A stretch of 63,823 nt of DNA, counting the filler, from an uncultured Methanosarcinales archaeon (GTDB lineage Archaea > Nanobdellota > Nanobdellia > Woesearchaeales > CAYNLP01), in the NCBI GenBank assembly GCA_964398115.1. It is 4 parts of 4 records of this genome, joined end to end, with 100 filler letters (N's around TTAATTAATTAA, not from the genome) between each part and the next. Parts side by side here need not be neighbours in the genome. Positions count along the whole stretch, not along the records: positions 43,704 to 63,823 come from CAYNLP010000016.1; 3 more parts are not named here. One strand, written 5' to 3'. Positions 58,090 through 63,823 of this stretch are shown one piece after another. Within the stretch, counting starts at the first letter, position 1. Each line of letters starts with the position of its first letter. The notes beneath the pieces were generated by a model, which worked only from the letters and a program-made list of their open reading frames with translations, was not told the origin of the DNA and ran no database searches. The position numbers and the translations under genes are program-made.

Positions 58090-58827
58090 ATGGGTTGGAA
58101 AACATTTGTAAGGAATAGACTACTAGAAAGCGCGTCCGAACACAGAAGAAATGGAGATACAGGATTAACCTACCACGCTAAAATGGCAGCATTATCTTCT
58201 TTCGCTGGCGCCGGACAAGTACTCCCCAAATGGCAAGAAGAATTTGCAGATATTCTAGGAGTAGCAAAAGATGAATTCACCCAATACGACGTATACGTCG
58301 GAACCCTACTAGGAAACGTTATCAATGCATCAGCAGCGGCAGGAATAAAAGAAGACGGATGGTTTGTAGGACAAGCCGCAGATTACCTCCACACCCAAAC
58401 CGGAGTACCAGTAGATGAAGCTAGTAACGCAATACTCCTAGGACTAAGCATTTGGGGAACAACAACCAACTTTTACCGTATGTGCCACAACATCGAAACA
58501 CGAAAACCCTCCCCCGCCGTAGGACCCCTAGCAGCGATGAAAAACGTTCCATGGGGTGTATACCAAGCAGGAAAGAAAATATTCGAAAACCTCCCTGAAT
58601 CCACACAAGAAAATATAAGAAAATTCTGGGAAGAAGGAAACTTAGAAGCCCGAGTAGCAAAATCATACCACAAATCAAGAGTTAGAGAACTTAAAGCAGA
58701 AACAACCGCCCACCTAAAATACACCAAAGAATGGACAGGCAAAAAACTAAGAGAAATAGCAGAAGGAACAGACACATACATAGACCTAGCATACCACGCC
58801 GTCGAAGCAAGCTTTCGTAAACATTAA
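58090..58827 (+). CDS. Hypothetical protein
   Basis: 245-aa ORF; TTTTAAAT upstream. Confidence 0.6.
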   Translation: MGWKTFVRNRLLESASEHRRNGDTGLTYHAKMAALSSFAGAGQVLPKWQEEFADILGVAKDEFTQYDVYVGTLLGNVINASAAAGIKEDGWFVGQAADYLHTQTGVPVDEASNAILLGLSIWGTTTNFYRMCHNIETRKPSPAVGPLAAMKNVPWGVYQAGKKIFENLPESTQENIRKFWEEGNLEARVAKSYHKSRVRELKAETTAHLKYTKEWTGKKLREIAEGTDTYIDLAYHAVEASFRKH

Positions 58828-58854
58828 ATAAAACAACATCATCCCAAAACAACG

Positions 58855-60918
58855 ATGAAGATAAATTCTGTCGAACTCAAAAACATCAGATCGTACGACC
58901 ACGAAAAAGTTGAATTCCCTGAAGGAACAGTACTCCTAAGCGGGGACATAGGAAGCGGAAAAAGCAGCATCCTACTAGCAATTGAATTCGCAATCTTCGG
59001 CATCAAAAGAGGAAGTCTACCAGGCACCGCCCTCCTAAGACATGGAGAAAAACACGGCTGGGTAAAACTAAACTTCACACTTGAACACAAAGACGTAACC
59101 ATCTACAGAAGCCTCGAAAGAACCAAAGATTCAGTTACGCAAGACAACGGATACATCACCATCGATGGCAAAAAATTCGAAGGAACCCCCACAGAACTAA
59201 AAGCCAAAATAATAGACATGCTAGGATATCCAAAAGAACTAGTAACCAAATCCAAAAGCCTCATCTACCGCTACACGGTCTACACACCACAAGAAGCTAT
59301 GAAACAAATCCTCATGGAAGGCGACGATCAACGCCTAGACACCCTAAGAAAAATATTCAACATCGATAAATACAAAAGAATAAAAGAAAACGCAGCACTC
59401 CTCGCCAGAGACTTAAGAAGCGACAAGAAAATCTACAAAAAAAGAATAGAAGACCTAGACGATACTAAAGAAAAACTAGACAACAAAAAAACCGAATTAA
59501 AACAAAACAAAGAAGACCTAGAAGATATAAAAGACGACATAGACAAAATCGAAGAAAAAGTAGAAAACGCGAAAGAAAAAGTAGAAGAAATAGAAAAACA
59601 AAACCAACGAAGAAACAAAGCCGAAAAACAATACGAACTCGCAAAAAACAACCTAGACAACAAAAAAGAAAAACTAGAAACAAACCAAGAACAACAAGAA
59701 AAACTCAAACAACAAATCAAACAAATCAAAAAAGAACTAGAAGACAAAGGCATAGAAAAACTCGACAAAATCGAAAAACAAATCGAACAAAAAGAAAAAC
59801 AAATACAACAATTAGAAGACAAAATAAGCCAAGTAAAACAAAAAGAAGCTAAAAGAAAAACACAGAAAGAACAAGCAAAAGAAATCAAACAAAAAATAAC
59901 AAACATGGACGAATGCCCTGTATGCAAACAAAAAGTAACACAAGAACACAAACAAGACGTGAAAAAAGAACAAAAAGAAAAAATCAAAGACATCAACCAA
60001 CGATTACAAAAAGCAAAAGTAGCCAAGAAAAAAATTTCAGACAAAATAGATACACAAAAAGAAAACCTCGAAAAATTAAGAAAAAAAGAAAAAGAACTAG
60101 CCAGTATCAAAGAAAAACAAAAACGCCTAGAAGAAAAACAAGAAAACTTCACCGAATTAGAAAAGGAACAAGAAAACATTCAAGACGCCATTTCTGACTT
60201 GAAAGAAAGCATAGACGAATGGAAAAACCAATTAGAAGAAACCGAAGACTTATCCGACAAGTTAGAAAAAGCAAAAGAACGACACAAAAAACTCAGAAAC
60301 AAAATAAACGATAAAAAAATGGAAAAAACCCGTCTAGAAACAGAAATCAAAAACTTAAACGAAAACATCGAAGACTTGGAAGAAAGCGTAGAAGAAATGA
60401 AACAATCCAAAGAAAAACTCGACAAAATAAAAGAAACCCTAGAATGGATCGACGAATACTTCGTCAAAGTCATGGACGTCATGGAAAAACAAGTAATGCT
60501 AAGAATATACAACGAATTCAACGAATACTTCATCGAATGGTTCAACACACTAATGGAAGACGAAAGCGTTAACGTACGCTTAGACGAACAATTCGCACCC
60601 GTAATAGTACAAGACGGATACGAAACCACCATAGAAAACCTAAGCGGAGGAGAAAGAACCAGCGTAGCACTAGCATACCGACTAAGCTTAAACAAAGTAA
60701 TAAACGACTTTGTAGGAACTATCAAAACCAAAAATCTCATAATCCTTGACGAACCAACCGACGGGTTCAGCAACGACCAACTAGACAAAGTAAGAGACGT
60801 ACTACAACAACTAGACATAAACCAAGTAATTGTAGTAAGCCACGAAGCCAAAATGGAAACTTATGTAGACAACATAATAGAAATAGCCAAGCAAAACAAC
60901 AAGAGCAGGATTGTGTAA
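58855..60918 (+). CDS. Rad50/SbcC-like SMC ATPase
   Basis: L.NIRSY, GDIGSGKSS, Q-loop, zinc hook CPVC, LSGGE, LIILDEPT, VSH. Confidence 0.92.
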   Translation: MKINSVELKNIRSYDHEKVEFPEGTVLLSGDIGSGKSSILLAIEFAIFGIKRGSLPGTALLRHGEKHGWVKLNFTLEHKDVTIYRSLERTKDSVTQDNGYITIDGKKFEGTPTELKAKIIDMLGYPKELVTKSKSLIYRYTVYTPQEAMKQILMEGDDQRLDTLRKIFNIDKYKRIKENAALLARDLRSDKKIYKKRIEDLDDTKEKLDNKKTELKQNKEDLEDIKDDIDKIEEKVENAKEKVEEIEKQNQRRNKAEKQYELAKNNLDNKKEKLETNQEQQEKLKQQIKQIKKELEDKGIEKLDKIEKQIEQKEKQIQQLEDKISQVKQKEAKRKTQKEQAKEIKQKITNMDECPVCKQKVTQEHKQDVKKEQKEKIKDINQRLQKAKVAKKKISDKIDTQKENLEKLRKKEKELASIKEKQKRLEEKQENFTELEKEQENIQDAISDLKESIDEWKNQLEETEDLSDKLEKAKERHKKLRNKINDKKMEKTRLETEIKNLNENIEDLEESVEEMKQSKEKLDKIKETLEWIDEYFVKVMDVMEKQVMLRIYNEFNEYFIEWFNTLMEDESVNVRLDEQFAPVIVQDGYETTIENLSGGERTSVALAYRLSLNKVINDFVGTIKTKNLIILDEPTDGFSNDQLDKVRDVLQQLDINQVIVVSHEAKMETYVDNIIEIAKQNNKSRIV

Positions 60919-60955
60919 AAAGATTTAAATACACAAATCGACCAAAAAACGTTTG

Positions 60956-61507
60956 ATGGAAAGACGTCACAAAGAATACTTATTCACAGCAATCGTAATC
61001 TTCTTCGTAATAGCTGTCGCACTCAACCCAATAGAAGTAAACACGGAAGGACAAGCAGCAAAGCAACAACAAAAAGCTAACACGCCACACGTAGAACTCA
61101 TAAGCCCCGGCCCTCAAAGCACTTTACACACAAAAACACAAACATTCATCTACAAACCACAATCAACCACTTACGAAGTGAACTGCACCGTACTGGTAAA
61201 CGATCAAAAAGTAGACACACACCAGCTAAGCCCTGGACAGCAGGGCGTGGCAAAAGCCGAACTACCCCTCGGCTACCACACATGGAAAGTACAATGCGAC
61301 TTACTCAACGAAAGAACCATTTCAAGCCCAGAATGGAACTTCAAAGTTAAAACTCCAGAAAGCCTCGAGCAAAACCAGAACAGTTTCAGACAAGTAACCG
61401 GGCAAGCCACAGACACAGATATCCAATACGATGAGCGCGGTATATACATAGCACTGATAATAATAGGATCCTTTATCTGGATAGCACAAATCCGTAAGAA
61501 CAATTAA
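60956..61507 (+). CDS. Membrane-anchored Ig-like surface protein
   Basis: N- and C-terminal TMs; V.LISP...C.V.VN...G.H.W.VQC. Confidence 0.6.
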   Translation: MERRHKEYLFTAIVIFFVIAVALNPIEVNTEGQAAKQQQKANTPHVELISPGPQSTLHTKTQTFIYKPQSTTYEVNCTVLVNDQKVDTHQLSPGQQGVAKAELPLGYHTWKVQCDLLNERTISSPEWNFKVKTPESLEQNQNSFRQVTGQATDTDIQYDERGIYIALIIIGSFIWIAQIRKNN

Positions 61508-61550
61508 AAACTTCTAAAACATCCCCTTCAAACGTGAAAGGGGTGAATTG

Positions 61551-62093
61551 ATGATGGAACAAGACATAGAAGACAACAAGCTACAAATAGGTGATGAAGC
61601 ACCCAACTTCAACCTACCAAGCATCGAAGGACAAAACTATAATCTAAACGACTTTCAAAAAGACATACTCGTAGTCGTATTCACATGCAACCACTGCCCA
61701 TACGCACAAAGCTACCAACAACGCCTATACAAACTTCAGGAAGAATTCGACGAAGTAAACTTCGTCGGAATCAATAGCAACGACGCCGAAGCATATCCTG
61801 AAGACAGCTTTGAAGAAATGAAGAAAAGAACGGAAGAATTCAACTTCCCATACCTACGAGATGAAGACCAAGAAGTAGCGAAGAAATACGGCGCGCAACT
61901 AACACCAGAAGTGTTCGTGTTCGACGAAAACCGAGAATTAAGATATCACGGAAGGATTGACGACAACTGGAAAAGCGAACAAGAAGTAGAAAACGAAGAC
62001 CTCCGAAACGCACTCCTATCCCTATTGAAAGGAGAAGAAATAGAAAACCCTGAAACACCCGCCGTCGGTTGCTCAATCAAATGGCACGGATAA
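61551..62093 (+). CDS. Thioredoxin-fold AhpC/TSA-like protein
   Basis: IGDEAPNF.LP, FTCNHCPY, INSND...YPEDS, TPE, YHGRIDD, GCSIKW. Confidence 0.92.
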   Translation: MMEQDIEDNKLQIGDEAPNFNLPSIEGQNYNLNDFQKDILVVVFTCNHCPYAQSYQQRLYKLQEEFDEVNFVGINSNDAEAYPEDSFEEMKKRTEEFNFPYLRDEDQEVAKKYGAQLTPEVFVFDENRELRYHGRIDDNWKSEQEVENEDLRNALLSLLKGEEIENPETPAVGCSIKWHG

Positions 62094-62130
62094 ACTTATA
62101 AACAAATCTTTAATTCTCAAAAAACTAGAT

Positions 62131-62204
62131 GGGGCAGTGGTCTAGTTTGGTATGATACCACCCCGGGGCGGTGGTGATCGGGGGTTCGAATCCTCCCTGT
62201 CCCA
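62131..62204 (+). tRNA. tRNA-Pro(GGG) with non-canonical C33
   Basis: GGGGCAG/CTGTCCC acceptor stem; CCACC-CC GGG GC-GGTGG anticodon arm; TTCGAAT. Confidence 0.88.
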
Positions 62205-62259
62205 CTTTTATAGAAACCTATATAAATAAAGGCTTATAAAAAAAGAAGTGGAGGAGAGT

Positions 62260-63663
62260 ATGAAAAAATTAATACTTATTCTTGGAATGTTACTTCTCCT
62301 ACCAAGTGCTACAGCCTTTAGTGTAAACTTTCAAAACTTGAACAACAGCGTCTATCCTAACCAAACCGCCACTTATCAAATGACCATCAACAATGACAAA
62401 GGGTTTGAAAATCAATTCCAAATAAGCACTAGAGACCCAAACTATGTTGTTAGTACCGATCCGAGCGTTGGGAAAATCCCAAGCTTTTCAGCCAAAACCT
62501 ACACCGTGATGATAACTCCAAAAAGAGGAGTTAGTGAAGGACCTCACGCAGTGCCTATAAAGATAAAGTCAATAACTTCAGGACAATTCAAAGAAGACAC
62601 TTTGCTACTAAATGTAAAGCCAAGAAGTCCCTTCGGCGGGGAATACAGGCCGGCTGTAAGGCTAGAAGTAGAAGCACCTAGTGAAGTTGACCCTAGAGAG
62701 AAAGTGCCCGTCACTCTGAACATGGAGAATCAAAACCCTCGAGACATGCCGGAACTACAAGTATACGTCGATGGTGAAGTATTCGGTAAAGAATACCAGA
62801 TACATTTGAACCCGTTAGAGTCAAAAAGTAATGAACTTCTTTTCAGACCTGACCCGACAATAGAGCCAGGAATTTACACCTTAACCGTGAAACTCGTACT
62901 TGAAAACAGAAGCATAGCAGAAAGCACTCAAGACTTTGAAGTGATTAATTACTCCAACATCGTAGAGAAAGAGGAAAAGGTAACCAACTTTTTCAAAATC
63001 ACGAAAGACTTAACCCTAACCAACGATGGCAATGTGGAAAAAGTAGCAAGGAAAAAAGTGAAATACCCATTCTATCAAGACCTATTCGTATCATTTCAAC
63101 CTGAACCTGAAACCACGACAGAAAATGGTAAAGAATTCTATGTTTGGAGTCAAGAATTAGAACCTCAAGAAACATTTGAAATCACGATAACGGAAAATTA
63201 TAGAATACCAGTTTTCATCTTCTTCGCACTCGTAATAGCCATAGTTGGTTACTACGTATTCCGAAGCCCAATAGTAATAAGCAAGAGAAGTGTAGCTGTA
63301 GACACGGACAGTGACAAAACCGCGATCAAAGTAATACTGGAAGTGAAGAATAGAAGCAACAAACCAGTAAGTAACGTCACAGTACTTGACAAACTACCCA
63401 ACATTGCAGACTTTGTTAAAAAAGAAGAACCCGGAACGTTACAACCAGAAAAAGTAGTCAGTAGCGAAAGCAAAGGAACAAGCATAAGATGGGAACTACC
63501 AAGACTTGAACCACATGAAGAAAGAATAATCAGCTACCAAGCTAAGTGCAAACTACAAATAATAGGCGGGATGAAACTACCACCTAGCAAGGTGAAGTTC
63601 GAAACTGAAAAAGGCAAGGAAAGAGACACCCTATCAAACACTGCAAGCGTGGTAGAAGCATAA
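62260..63663 (+). CDS. Surface protein with Ig/CARDB-like domains, TM and a C-terminal DUF11-like domain
   Basis: Signal peptide after GAGGAG SD; L.NDGN; TM; V.N.S...V.NV.V.D.LP. Confidence 0.7.
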   Translation: MKKLILILGMLLLLPSATAFSVNFQNLNNSVYPNQTATYQMTINNDKGFENQFQISTRDPNYVVSTDPSVGKIPSFSAKTYTVMITPKRGVSEGPHAVPIKIKSITSGQFKEDTLLLNVKPRSPFGGEYRPAVRLEVEAPSEVDPREKVPVTLNMENQNPRDMPELQVYVDGEVFGKEYQIHLNPLESKSNELLFRPDPTIEPGIYTLTVKLVLENRSIAESTQDFEVINYSNIVEKEEKVTNFFKITKDLTLTNDGNVEKVARKKVKYPFYQDLFVSFQPEPETTTENGKEFYVWSQELEPQETFEITITENYRIPVFIFFALVIAIVGYYVFRSPIVISKRSVAVDTDSDKTAIKVILEVKNRSNKPVSNVTVLDKLPNIADFVKKEEPGTLQPEKVVSSESKGTSIRWELPRLEPHEERIISYQAKCKLQIIGGMKLPPSKVKFETEKGKERDTLSNTASVVEA

Positions 63664-63707
63664 GCAAAACTTTATAAACTAATCCAGAATTTTTTCTACA
63701 CAACAAA

Positions 63708-63779
63708 CCCTCCATAGCTCAACGGAAGAGCACTCGGCTGTAGACCGAGGTGTTCCAGGTTCAAATCCTGGTGGGGGGA
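63708..63779 (+). tRNA. tRNA-Tyr(GTA), intronless
   Basis: C1:G72 acceptor CCCTCCA/TGGGGGG; CTCGG-CT GTA GA-CCGAG; TTCAAAT; TTTATAAA promoter at 63671. Confidence 0.95.
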
Positions 63780-63823
63780 TTGTTTTATTCTATCTCTTTC
63801 ATAACGCTTGTCAGGATGTCTTT

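Noticed and set aside
59433..60851. Long antisense ORFs (248 and 223 aa) opposite Rad50
   Set aside because: F/S/L/C-rich mirror of K/E/Q codons in the coiled coil.

Overview
The window is four unrelated contigs joined by artificial 100-nt N/TTAATTAATTAA linkers (4435-4534, 11545-11644, 43604-43703), so gene order across the linkers means nothing. Gene content (RadA, RPA, Rpp30, Rad50-like ATPase, archaeal tRNAs without encoded CCA, TATA promoters) and an acidic proteome point to a small-genome DPANN archaeon, probably Woesearchaeota-like and salt-adapted (inference). Contig 1 has glmS, vapBC and a truncated Rqc2/NFACT gene. Contig 2 is a metal/thiol-redox operon (HMA, CcdA, thioredoxin, a missed GDCCVxC-type protein, VTT, CuA-type cupredoxin, DsbA, DUF302). 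Contig 3 has LMF1, thpR, TRAM, radA and RPA, plus a ~24-kb co-oriented locus with 18 proteins carrying class III (type IV pilin-like) signal peptides. Two of these carry peptidoglycan-hydrolase domains (M23 endopeptidase, SLT lytic transglycosylase), five carry beta-defensin-like Cys motifs and one has a glycine zipper. Three large Cys-rich/Ig adhesins, one with dermatopontin-like repeats, sit in the same locus. This is the best candidate for an undescribed system: a pilus-borne apparatus for attaching to and breaching bacterial cell walls. Contig 4 has a TonB-dependent-receptor-like beta-barrel gene (unexpected in an archaeon), a Cys-stapled coiled-coil protein, a PKD/PEGA protein, Lrp, IMPase, a GT-C glycosyltransferase, Rad50, and tRNA-Gln, tRNA-Pro (with C33) and tRNA-Tyr. 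All family calls are motif recognition by eye; no searches were run.
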